A DNA stretch of 64,000 nt. Origin: Octopus vulgaris. Lineage: Eukaryota. Location: assembly GCA_951406725.2 (NCBI GenBank), contig OX597814.1, forward strand, positions 175,026,001 through 175,090,000, in the 5' to 3' direction. This document shows positions 52,950-64,000 of this stretch, in pieces. The translations under genes and the position numbers were made by a program. Under the pieces are notes generated by a model. It ran no database searches, was not told the DNA's origin, and worked only from the letters and a program-made list of their open reading frames with translations. The number at the start of each line of letters is the position of its first letter. The stretch's first letter is position 1.

Positions 52950-53330
52950 CAAGATCTGCAAGACTGCTGGGAATGTTTCGCTTCAACTTTTAAGAAAGAG
53001 ATGGACAAGGTGGGAATTTGAGAGGGTCAGTATTCTGAGAAGAAAGGACTGAGTGCAGGTCTTAGTGTGGGGCCTGGGAAGTTGGTTGGAGACAAAAAGA
53101 GTGATGAGAGGAAAAACAAATAAATGGGAATGTCTGAGTGGAAGTCATTTGAGCCTAGTCAGCTTCAATTATAATTAGTTGTAAGAAAGGTAGAGAGAGG
53201 AGACGGCATGCTTGTTAGTGACTTTATGCATACACTATGTTACTGAGTAAACTGAAAACAATTGGTGCTTTACAAATGAAGTTCCTTCTGATGGGTTAAA
53301 AATTTCTTTGTCACTCTTGTCATGACATGC
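52950..53330 (-). mobile_element. Old CR1/Jockey-like LINE 3' fragment
   Basis: Minus-strand QLPRPHTKTCTQSFLLRILTLSNSH resembles the ...SF-x-x-R-x-x-x-LWNSLP terminal motif. Confidence 0.4.
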
Positions 53331-53400
53331 AGAGAAATCAAAGATTGGTGAACTGGAATGTTGTAACCAATGGTACTATTATTCACAAATTCATATATTC

Positions 53401-53681
53401 GGCCGATGCCAGCGCTGCCTCGACTGGCTTCTGTGCCGGTGGCACATAAAATACACCAATCCGACCGTGGCCGTTGCCAGCCTCGCCTGGCACCTGTGCA
53501 GGTGGCACGTAAAAAGCACCCACTACACTCATGGAGTGGTTGGCGTTAGGAAGGGCATCCAGCTGTAGAAACATTGCCAGATAAGACTGGAGCCTGGTGC
53601 AGCCTTCTGGCTTCCCAGATCCCCGGTCGAACCGTCCAACCCATGCTAGCATGGAGAACGGACGTTAAACGATGATGATGA
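53401..53681 (+). mobile_element. Young RTE 3' UTR insertion
   Basis: Highly similar to about 28620-28951; two modules and a (GAT)n tail. Confidence 0.9.
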
Positions 53682-56219
53682 ATATATAAAGCATAATCCC
53701 TTTAGAACTATGCAGCAAATACAATACTTTTTTGAATATGTAAATTTATTTACCACATTTGAAGCAATTAGTTTGTCTTCTATGAGATCACTTCATTAAG
53801 AGTTTACTGATCTTCAAATTTCTTACTTTCTAGTTGCTTATCTTCGACTGATTAACAATAATATATTGCAGCTTTTTAACCATAAGTGACAAAAAATTAA
53901 GATGGCTCTTATTTTTATGACATTATGTACATGATATAAGAAACCCTAATTGAAAATTGAGCACTACTTCATGTATTTAAATGTGAGTTGTCAACAGTTA
54001 TGTACATCATAGCCTATATTAGATATTTGCAGACACAGTCATAGTTTATTCATTCAAAGATGAAGCTTTCTTGTTGCTGTTCTAAGTTTCCTATTTCAGT
54101 TGTTCATTATGGAAATAGAGAAACAGAGTGAAGCATGAGTTTTGATGATTACACAATATTTTGAATTTAGATGTAAAAACATTAGTGTTGAATGCATGCT
54201 TACAAGAAAGTGTGTATAGTCTCTTATGTGTATGTGTTGGTTTAATCATGTAAATCATTAATTCCTTATTTTCATGCCGGTATCCATGTTGATATAGGTA
54301 ATCTTCAGAGATTGTGAAGATAAGATAAGCATATCTCTCTCTCTTTGCACTCACTGTTCATTGCTGTTATCAGTTCACTAGTCCAGACTGATATTGAACT
54401 GGATATCTGAGGAATCCAATGCAAGATCTAATGGTCTGTTTACCAACTTATGTAACTGATATTTGAGTGTATATGTGTTGGATTGACTTCTGTATCATAT
54501 CTTGTTTGAAAGGACTTTTTAGTTGTCCAAGAATAAGCATTAGCAACAGTCTGTCATTCAGAAACTAGATATATCAAGCCATTGATGGACACATCACATT
54601 GCTGAGGGAAATTGAATTCATTAACAACTGCATGAAAATGTCTATTACAATATTTTGCCATGCAATTTTACAAAAAATATATACTATGCCAGTCTTTCTA
54701 ACAGAAATATGATAGAAATTACAATGAAGTTGAACTCCTCTACTTTGAAAGCAAGGAATGTTAATGGAAATAGTTAAATCAAAGCTTTAATAAAATTCAA
54801 TCATAACTTCAACTGGAATTGTTATTGCCAAAAAATGAATACTGTTGTGAGAATCAGTTAATATACTGAACTGAATTTTGCATCAGAATGTGTGTAAAAG
54901 GAGAATCAAATGAACCTTTGCAGCCTTGTTTTACACACATACACACATATATAGACAAACTTAGAGATAGATTTTGTGCAGGTGATTGTAGTATGCCCAA
55001 TAAAGAAAGAACCCAATGTTATGAAGAGAGTAGGGACACTTAGGATTTATCCTCTGCTTACAACAAGGCAAGATGTTGGGATTTTCATCTCTTCAGAGAA
55101 GACTCTTAGAAGATGAGTTGTAACATTTGGACATGCAAGAAGACAAACACTGTATAGAAATTTATATACTTATTTGTTGGTGTTGCATTCATCATCTTTA
55201 TAATGTTATTCTCACACACATACACACACATGTGCACAAAACATATTTCAGCAGTACTGTTAAAAGATGTTGAATAATTCAAAAAGTTGTACAGTACAGA
55301 TTTGTTACAATTTATTTTAATCAATTTTTATACTGGTTTATATAAATGATATACTGATATTTCAACATAAAATGTCTGTTTCTTAGCTTAAAATTTTTTT
55401 ATTCAAGACTTGAGATGTCCTCTATACTTTAATCTGTTGTTAAAATCATTCTATAATGTTTGTACTTTTTCGTCCAACAACTTTTATTGATCTCAGAAAG
55501 AGGGAGATTTTTAAAAATTCTTAATCAGAAAAGTTGCTAAATTAATAAAGTGCTTAGGCTATGCTACGAATTTAATGACACTGAAGTCCAAAGAACATTT
55601 GAAATTGTGACTTGTGAATTTTTCAAGCTGAGTCATGACATTTTATGTTGGAATATCAGTTATGTAAACAATTTTTGATAATGGTGTGAATAAAGTAAAT
55701 TGTAATAAATCTGGTCGTATGGCTTTCTGAATTCATTTAACATACACTCACAAACATATACATAGACATGTTCACACATGTACTGTTCCATTTGATTACA
55801 TCAGTAAATAATTTTGAAGTTGGTACACCATATAGAAAGAATAGAAAAGCTTCCTTGCATTCAGTCCATATGCATTTAAAATAAAATATATACAAAGACT
55901 TTCTAAAATCTATGTTTTATTCTGTTTCTTACTATTTGAACACTAACAAAAGCTTTGCTCAGTTACACAAAAAAGAAACACATCAACATGCATAGATATT
56001 CATTGTATTTCATCCTCTCATTCTCCTTGTATTATATTTCATTGAAGTTCTAACTTTATGGTTTGAATGTGTGTGTGTGAGATTTTTTGATTTTTTTTTA
56101 TGCAATCATATGCTTTTGTTATTGTTTACCAGTTATATTGGAAAATCAGCACTAACCTCTCATTTTTCTTCAAAACCATCTAAATTCATTACACTCATGC
56201 AGTTTGTTACATTCAACAG

Positions 56220-56243
56220 GTCATCTCTCCACTTGCTGAAAAG
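56220..56243 (+). CDS. Candidate 24-nt TRAPPC8 micro-exon (VISPLAEK)
   Basis: ttcaacag|GTCATCTCTCCACTTGCTGAAAAG|gtatttg; phase 0-0 matches intron 5; CACTAAC at 56150-56156 upstream. Sequence-only prediction. Confidence 0.5.
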
Positions 56244-58303
56244 GTATTTGCTTTTGCTGTTTTGCTGCTAGATCCTAAGGTTTTGAAGCCCAGTACAGCA
56301 GTTGGATATTTCTCTTGTATGCCTAGTTAGAAGCAGCTAATGCACTGTAAAGATTATTTTATTTTATTTTTTAACCTTAGGTAGATAAAAAAGAAAGCTG
56401 TATTAAGTTAACTGTACATAATTAAAAAACTTTGATTTACTATATTATCATAAAATAAAGTAAAATATAGAGAAAACCACATTGTTTTAAATTATCAAAT
56501 ATTTTGAAAATAAGTTAATAACCAATGCTACACAAAAGAATTTTTGCAATATAAGGAAATATAAATAAATTGTCTTTAATATTAATTGTTACAAGAATTT
56601 TCAAAATACTTCTGTTTCTATTGATCAGGAACATAATTTTAGTTTCAGTGAATAACTTCTTAGATAACATACCTGCATCCACTTCATATAGGATTGAAAT
56701 CACAAATCATATTGCAATTGAGGGTTCAAAGTTTTTACAGAAATGTCAAGATTTAATTTTAAAAAATCACCCAGAATATAGCAAGGGTCCTTTTTATATT
56801 CTCAGAATATTCTCAGTATTATAACACTATCTGTATTTCTTTGCTTCTTCAAATCTACATAATGGTTCCTTTCATGAATGGTAGAAACTTCATTCTGTAG
56901 TTCCTAATGATTTACATTTTTGCTCTTCACCTGTCTTGTCATTTCTGATGTTGCTACTTGCTATTGAGATTGTACTTATTTTTTTCCTTTTTTATCCTAA
57001 GAGGTTGGTTATTTTTTTTTCTTTACATTTCAAAATACAGATATAGCACAAATAGCAGTACAATATGAAATCAATATTCTATACTCAGTTGTTTGTAGTG
57101 TTTTGAATTAGGTTATTTAGAAATTCTGTTGTCAAAAGTATGTTCAGATACAGCTGAAGATCTACAAAGTGTAAAAAGGCCAGATGTATTGTCTAGGCAG
57201 CTGAATAAAATCTTGGGTTTGTCTGTTATATCAGGAATATGAAATTTTTGTTGTGTTGATGTTAAACGCTAGAAAACATTGATAGACTTATAGGCTTAAA
57301 GGAAATTATATCAGTAGAACTAAAGATAGTCTTATCAGGATGGAAAGAGCAATACAATATTAACTAATGTAGAGAGCAGTAAAAAGTCATTATGAAGCAT
57401 CAGTGAACTCAGTCATTTATGCTTTGATCTAGAGCATTAGTGCAATAAACAAAACAGTTCCAACTGAGAAGTAAAATCATACTAAACTTGGTTTATTGAA
57501 AAATTGCTTCTGCACTTCATTCTTACAAAAACTTCAAAAAGAGTACCTCATAGTATCTCTTGAATAATGAATTTAGGTATTTTCAACTTCTCTAACGAGA
57601 TGAACAAACCATAAAATACATTATATTTTCAATTTATTCTATCATCAATTTTCTTAATTTAATATTGAAGTATGCTTCTGGTTGTTCTTGTCATTAGTGA
57701 GCTCTTTTTCTCAGGTACATTTCACCAATATAGGTTTTGTTTCTTTATAAAATGTCAGTTTAAAGTGGACTGCAAATGTTGGCTAGTTCTATAGATTTAT
57801 TATTTTGTTTTTATTACTAAAGTTCTATACTTTAGTCAAGGAAAAGTTCTTTTACCTTGTATGTTTTGTTTTGCAATCATAATTAATCCTTATATCTTGT
57901 AATTCATCCAATAATGTTTATTTTTCTTAAAATATTTATAGTGAAACAATCTTTTTAAAATAAGTTAAAATGAATCTCATTAGTTTACAATTATCTCTTG
58001 ATATAACGACCAACAATTATAACTCCATAACCAAATTCCTAAAAGATCACTTACTATTTTAAAGCTAATCTTTTAAAATTACCAATTTCTCTTCAAGAGA
58101 TTCTAATAATAAAAAAAAAAGTATCTTATTTGTATGTCATGTAGATGATTAAAAAAAACTGTGCTCAACCATTTCACTGAAAAGGTTCTATCTTCTATAA
58201 ACTTGAATATGAAACCTCTTAAATAATTTAGAACAAAGGATTATTTAACAAAAAAAAGTCTTAAAATATATACTCTATTTTTATATGAAGTTAAAACTGC
58301 AAA

Positions 58304-58473
58304 TTATATGAAATAATACAGGCTGATGGTTTGTAATTTTACATTGTATTCAGTATTTCTCTGAAGTAGCTCACAACACCATTTCTCTGAATATTTCCTG
58401 AAGGGGTTCTAACCCTGAAATGTTGAAATATAGTGTAAAATTACAAACCATCAACCTGTATTATTTCTTATAA
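58304..58473. repeat. Foldback element (about 55-bp arms, about 57-nt spacer)
   Basis: GAAATAATACAGGCTGATGGTTTGTAATTTTACA versus TGTAAAATTACAAACCATCAACCTGTATTATTTC (one mismatch, G-A). Confidence 0.88.
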
Positions 58474-60503
58474 CTTACTTTATTTTTGCTCTATAAATTA
58501 AAAAAAAAAAAAAAAACAGCTATACAATACTCTGTTTATTTTTCTAAGATACTTCATTAAATGACTAGTATAATAATTTGTATCTTGAAAAAGTCATTAA
58601 GAAACTTTCTGATTTAAAGCAGTTTTAAGTTGTCTGTTGGTATATACTAGAAAACTGTTTATTTGTTTTGCTGCTTTTATAACTGTATGTCATGATGAAA
58701 GTCTTTAGAAGGTTAGTTTAAATCAGGGTTATTGAGACAATGCATGAGACAATATCTTCTGATTAATAAATCAGTTTATAAATAACTATAAATGCACTCT
58801 GAAAAATGAAGTGTTATTTAAATTAACCCAATTTTCATATAATTTGTTGATTCGCAGTTCTTTCACCATACACTACATGTTATAAAAAATTTGAAAATAC
58901 TACTTTGGCAAAAGAACTGGAATATGCAGATGTATTTTGAGCTAATATTTACTATTTTTTTCTCTCTCTTGTCTCAGTTTCCCTTGCTTATTGAACATTT
59001 ATTCAATAATATTTGCTTTTTTTCAGATTTTTAGAAATAAGCTGATTTGTTTTAACTGTGCTTGAGCTTTATACATATTTATACATTTCATAAAGGTTGA
59101 GAATAGTCTTATTGTCAAGCAAAGTAAACTAACTGGTTATTGGCTTTCTAATTTTTCCTTACTTTCTTTTCTTTATGTGGAGATTTTTGTTTTGCGGGTG
59201 TTTTTGTTTTCTTTTTTTCTTTCTTTTAGCAAGTATAATTTTAAATTTTACTTTTTTTTTTTACTATTGAATGTATTACTTTCTGAATGTCATTCCATCA
59301 CTTTTCATACTATATTTTTGTTTCCTCATTAACTCAGGCGATTATTAATAGCAGATAAGAAAAGCACTGGTCATTTCCCATGTGTTGACCTTTGTTGAAG
59401 CCTGTTTCTCAATGCTTTATTAATATACACTGATGATCTGACAGAAACTAGTCAGTTTTCTGTAACATAAGTAGCTTTATCATAAATATACATCTATATT
59501 TACATATCCAATTTATCTTGTGAGTGTTGTAGAACAGAAGGTTAACTCATAGCAGGCTGACTATGAAACCTGGATTTGATTTCTGGTTGTAGCCAGCTCA
59601 CTTTTTTTTAGATTACTAATGTCCTTGGATATTTTTTTCTTTCTTTCTTCCCCTCAATTTTAGATTTCCTATCTGCCCAAGGAAGGCATTAGAAAGTCAT
59701 TTTAAAGTACAGTTTCTGAGACACTATGACAATTCATAGTTTTTGAAATACTTCACTGTATTCAATTAAAACTGTAGAATCTTTAGAAACTAGAGGTAGT
59801 TGGTGTTGGTAGTTATTGAGTATAAAAAGTTTGAAAAGTGGAATCAATTTTGTCATGAGGAAAAGAAGTTTAATGTATGGATAAAACTCAATTGAGAGTT
59901 TTTGGACAAAACAGTAAACTTCTTTTCCTCATGATGAATAATTTCTTCCACTTAGTGAAGTTTTTGTATTTAGTATATTTAATTTTCTTTCTTCCTTTTC
60001 AAATCAATAGCACCATAATGTTTGTTATTATTCAAGATATGGTTTCTGGATTAGAACCAACATTTTTAGCATTCATTGATTATATACAGCAGTAAATATT
60101 TGATAATATTGGTTTAATTATAGTCAATAAATTAAATTACTAAAAGGCAAATTATTGTAATGTAAATTTAATGTTATATTCAGTATCATTATGTAAAATA
60201 TATAGTTACTAAGTCATATCTGAACTTGAGAATATGACTATTCAACCTGTTAAACTGTATGTATGTGTGTGTATGCATGTATTTAGTTTGATTTGAGAAT
60301 TACATTTTTTTAGGCATACGCAGACATGTCTTATTTTGCTTCCTTATCAAAATATGGTTGGCAATTAGTCTCTGCATGATTTCCAATTTTTTCTTTAGCT
60401 TGTTATGAATTTTATCTCCATTTCAGCTTCAGCTACATTTACAATTGTTCTGTTCAAAGGACTGTTCGTTTTTTTTGTTAATTTTCATCTTTTTCTCTTG
60501 CAG

Positions 60504-60539
60504 CTAAGTAATGAATTGCTAAAATGTTTTCAGATATGT
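60504..60539 (+). CDS. Candidate 36-nt (LSNELLKCFQIC) or nested 6-nt (IC, 60534-60539) TRAPPC8 alternative exon
   Basis: Strong acceptor ttttcatctttttctcttgcag; open in phase 0; donor TGT|GTATGT; internal ttttcag acceptor; TGCATG 15 nt into the downstream intron. Confidence 0.4.
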
Positions 60540-60999
60540 GTATGTATGTGGTATGCATGTGTGTATGTACATCTATGTGTTTTGCTAATGGTTACTGAAG
60601 CTGACATTGACTCCTGAATCTTTGTCTTTGGATGGGTTTCATGCATCTTTATCTTTGTATGATATACTATTTTATTTTATATATTTTTTGCTTGTAAAGA
60701 TGATGTAATTCATTTTTTTATAAAATGACAATGCGATATAATCAAACACTATAAGTATGACAGTGGCAACATAGGTTCCAAGGGAACCCAACTTTGGGTC
60801 AAGTAAGCAGGATAAAGAGGCCTCAGAATATGCATACATGTGCTATTCTTACTGTTTTGGAGGGAAGCTTCTACAGTGAATTATCCTGTATTATATCAAT
60901 GCTCTGCGTTCTCAGTCTCACATATCCTGTGAACCTTGTGAAACCTCTTTGTCTGCAAGATTCCAACTAAGGTAGGAATAAATCTCAGAATCTACTATT

Positions 61000-61560
61000 T
61001 ATTCATATTGTTCTTCAAGCAACATTTCTCTGGATATTTTCAACCCTCCTATATGTCCTGTATGACCAAATTATCTGGACTATGTTTTAATTAGAAAACT
61101 TACAATCTCCACTTTGTTCCTTATAAGGATACTTTTATTGATAATCCTATCAGTTTGTACTTAATTACGGTAGACTGCAACTCTGTCCTTGATGAACTGT
61201 TGCCTTGTACCACTAAATCTACCTTAGTTTTGATGTTGTATTGTTCATGGTGTATTCATGAAGTTAAATTATCTACTAAACATTGCTCTACATAGAACTT
61301 CAGCTATCAAAAGCTTCCATGTGCACAATGTACTGTTTGCACGCTCTTTGTGACAGTTCACATTGTGATATACTTGTATACATACTGGCTTTTAATTTTG
61401 TTTGAAAACTGTTCTGGTTAAATCAAATTATATGTGCCATGTTATGCCTATATATTCATGTAATTGATCTATTTGTATGTTCTCGAGTTGATTTGGTATT
61501 GGCACCACCAGCCTAGATACTAATTTTGTTAATATGGTGCTTTATAAGCCAAACCATTCT
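61000..61560 (-). mobile_element. Possible ancient Gypsy integrase (zinc-binding region) remnant
   Basis: Minus-strand RLVVPIPNQLENIQIDQLHEYIGIT ... VYKYISQCELSQR resembles RLV-x-P...LH...GH-x-G...V-x-x-YI-x-x-C-x-x-CQ; heavily decayed. Confidence 0.35.
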
Positions 61561-62129
61561 CCAACTCCTTTTTTATTGCTCTCTTATCAGATACATTGAG
61601 CAAGTGAGGTCACTATCTTGTCAAAGGAATTGTCACATAACAGGATATCCATGATTACTCAGCATTGGCACTTGTCTGCATGTAACATTTTATCAAAGAT
61701 TTTTCTAAGCAGAGCCATAGGCTCATAAGGCTAGTTTCCTGGATTCTGTGATGTATATATATTTCCCCCTTGGATGGGACACTAGTCCATCATAGAATAA
61801 CTCACTTTTGCCAGCTGAATGCACTTGAGTAATGTGAGACGAAGTGTTTTTCTCAAACACAATGTATCTCCTGGTCCAGTAATTGAAACCGCAATCTTAT
61901 TCTATCGGTCTCTTTTGTTGAACAGCTAAGTTACGGGGATGTAAATACACCAACATCGGTTGTCAAGTGATGGTGGCAGAACACACACACATATATATAT
62001 ACGATGGGCTTATTTCACTTCCGTCTACCAAATCCACTCACGAGGCTTGGGTTGGTCCAAGGCTATGATAGAAGACACTTTCCCAAGGTGCCATGCAGTG
62101 GGACTGAACCTGGAACCTATTATATATAT

Positions 62130-62302
62130 AAGTCATAAATGACAGAAAAATAGTTTGATGGAATTTTATTTAACAATAAGAAAATTCTAATGTAAGTAAT
62201 TTATTATTAAATATAAAATTATTTACATATCTTTAAGTTACGAAACAAATTTTCTTATTGTTAAATGAAATTACATCAAACTGTTTCTGTCATTTATGAC
62301 TT
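62130..62302. repeat. Foldback element (about 56-bp arms, about 60-nt spacer)
   Basis: AAGTCATAAATGACAGAAA...TTTAACAATAAGAAAATT (62130-62186) is inverted at 62248-62302. Confidence 0.88.
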
Positions 62303-62439
62303 TATCATCTTCTTGTGTATCATACTATATATTCCATATATTTTGTAGTATGTTACATTAAGGTGCCTTTTTCTTTTTTTTTGTTACAAATGCTACTGGA
62401 TTATTTGAGTCCATATGTTGTAATTTTATATATAAATAT

Positions 62440-62760
62440 ATGGCACTTGTGCCAGTAGCACGTAAAAAGCACCGAGTGTGGTCAGTGCCAGTGTTGCCAG
62501 GTTGGCTCCCATGCCTGCGGCATGTAAAAAAACACCATTCGAGTGTGGTCAATGTCAGTATCGCTTGACTGGCCCCTGTGCTGCTGGCATGTAAAAAGCA
62601 CCCACTATACTCTGAGTGGTTGGCGTTAGGAAGGGCATCAAGCTGTAGAAACATTGCCAGATCAGATTGGAGCCTGGTGCAGCCTCCTGGCTTGCCAGTC
62701 CTCAGTCAAACTGTCCAACCCATGCCAGCATGGAAAGCTGACGTTAAACAATGATGATGA
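62440..62760 (+). mobile_element. RTE 3' UTR insertion
   Basis: Three GGCA(C/T)GTAAAAAGCACC-like modules, GGTTGGCGTTAGGAAGGGCATC motif, (GAT)n tail. Confidence 0.85.
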
Positions 62761-63169
62761 ACCTTACAATCATGAATGCAACACACTAACCAGTAAGCCA
62801 TGTGCCTCCATGTATATGTGTCTGTGTGTTAATAATGATCTCTACTAGCCTGTTTGAATTCAACAGATTATCTCCTGTTTATAAAAGTCTACTTTTATAA
62901 TTGTGGAAGAAAATCTTCATTGGGCTACACTCAGTTCCTTACTAAAATATCATTCTGAATTGTAAAATCTGCTTTATAATCATAAACACATAAACCAATA
63001 CTCAATTGCTTATTCTTTATTCATTGCATTCAGTATCAAAGGATAATTCTGCTATCCATTAAGTTTTTTCTTTTTGTCCTATCATTCTTACTTTGCTAAT
63101 ATGGTTTTTATTTTTTATCCAACACTTTCTCATATTCTTAAGTATGGAAAGTATTTATTCTGATTCAAA

Positions 63170-63962
63170 TCATCTTTATCACTTAACATATGTTTTCTAG
63201 GAAAGCATGGGTTGGATGGTTTGATAGGTGGCCAGCTCAAATTGTCTGTTTTAGTATGGTTTCTACAGCTGGATACCCTTCATAAAATCAACTGCATAAG
63301 AGTGTACTGGGTGCTTTTCCATGTGACACTGGCACAGGTGCCTTTCCATGTGGCACTGGCACAGGTGCTTTTCCATGTGACACTGGCATAGGTGCTTTTC
63401 CATGTGGCATTGGCATAGGTACTTTTCCATGTGGCATTGGCATAGGTGCTTTTCCATGTGGCACTGGCACAGGTGCTCCACAATGTAGCACTGGCACAGG
63501 TGCTTGTCCATGTGACACTGGCACAGGTGCTTGTCCATGTGACACTGGCACAGGTGCTTGTCCATGTGACACTGGCACAGGTGCTTGTCCATGTGGCACT
63601 AGCACAGATGCTTGTCCATGTGGCACTGGCACAGGTGCTTGTCCATGTGGGTGCTTTTCCATGTGGTACTAGCATGGGTGCTTGTCTATGTGGCACCGGT
63701 ATGGGTGCTTTTCCATGTGGTACCGGTATGGGTGCTTTTCCACATGGTACCAGCATCCATGAATTCACAAGACAAGGACCTTTCAGCTGACAGAGGGATA
63801 TGCTTGTATGTATAGATGGCTATGATTTTATTTAGCTTGATGTGTCTTTCTAAGTACAGCAAATTGCCAGAAGTCTTGGTCCGTTGTCATTTCCTCAGTG
63901 AGACCTAGCCTCTGAAGATCCTTCTCACTACTTCATCCTACATCTTCCTCGGTCTACCCATT
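63170..63962 (-). mobile_element. RTE 3' end with expanded minisatellite
   Basis: Minus strand GRPRKM*DEVVRR remnant at about 63920-63960; tail motif at about 63200-63310. Confidence 0.8.
63309..63757. repeat. 27-bp tandem minisatellite, about 16 units
   Basis: Unit GTG(A/G)CACTGGCACAGGTGCTT(G/T)TCCAT; gives 9-aa periodic ORFs (HMDKHLCQC). Confidence 0.93.
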
Positions 63963-64000
63963 CCATATGTGTGCACTACAATTAGATATTGGTACTTCTT

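Noticed and set aside
52325-53021. Long His/Thr- and Cys/Val-rich ORFs (up to 229 aa)
   Set aside because: Artefacts of a stop-poor CA/TG low-complexity tract open on both strands.
54382-54433. Possible small exon SRLILNWISEESNARSN
   Set aside because: Weak donor (GTCTGT), not frame-preserving, and neighbouring AGs give stops; cannot be supported without transcripts.
63263-63815. Periodic metallothionein-like ORFs (MDKHLCQCH)n
   Set aside because: Consequence of a 27-bp tandem unit in a LINE UTR; five overlapping ORFs on both strands; no gene structure.

Overview
AT-rich eukaryotic genomic DNA. The SINE, RTE-LINE and piggyBac-MITE content suggests a coleoid cephalopod, probably Octopus (inference from recalled repeat families, not a search). 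The window holds the promoter and first five coding exons (11514-50755, + strand, 262 codons) of a TRAPPC8/Trs85 orthologue, and the gene runs off the right end. Intron 3 is a U12 (minor-spliceosome) GT-AG intron. The introns are packed with decayed RTE LINEs (with a C4HC3 zinc finger inside the RT), three tRNA-derived SINE families, Tc1/mariner relics, a complete TTAA-flanked piggyBac, a piggyBac MITE, a non-autonomous Helitron and Penelope, CR1-like and Gypsy-like remnants. Best leads: (1) two frame-preserving candidate micro-exons in a repeat-poor part of intron 5; (2) a U12 junction that regenerates a U2 donor; (3) a structured 25-nt module in the RTE 3' UTR that expands into tandem arrays; (4) a decayed hammerhead-like motif inside a foldback element. 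No prokaryotic system or CRISPR array is present, and most ORF-track entries are repeat-derived noise. Repeat boundaries are approximate unless TIRs or TSDs are quoted.
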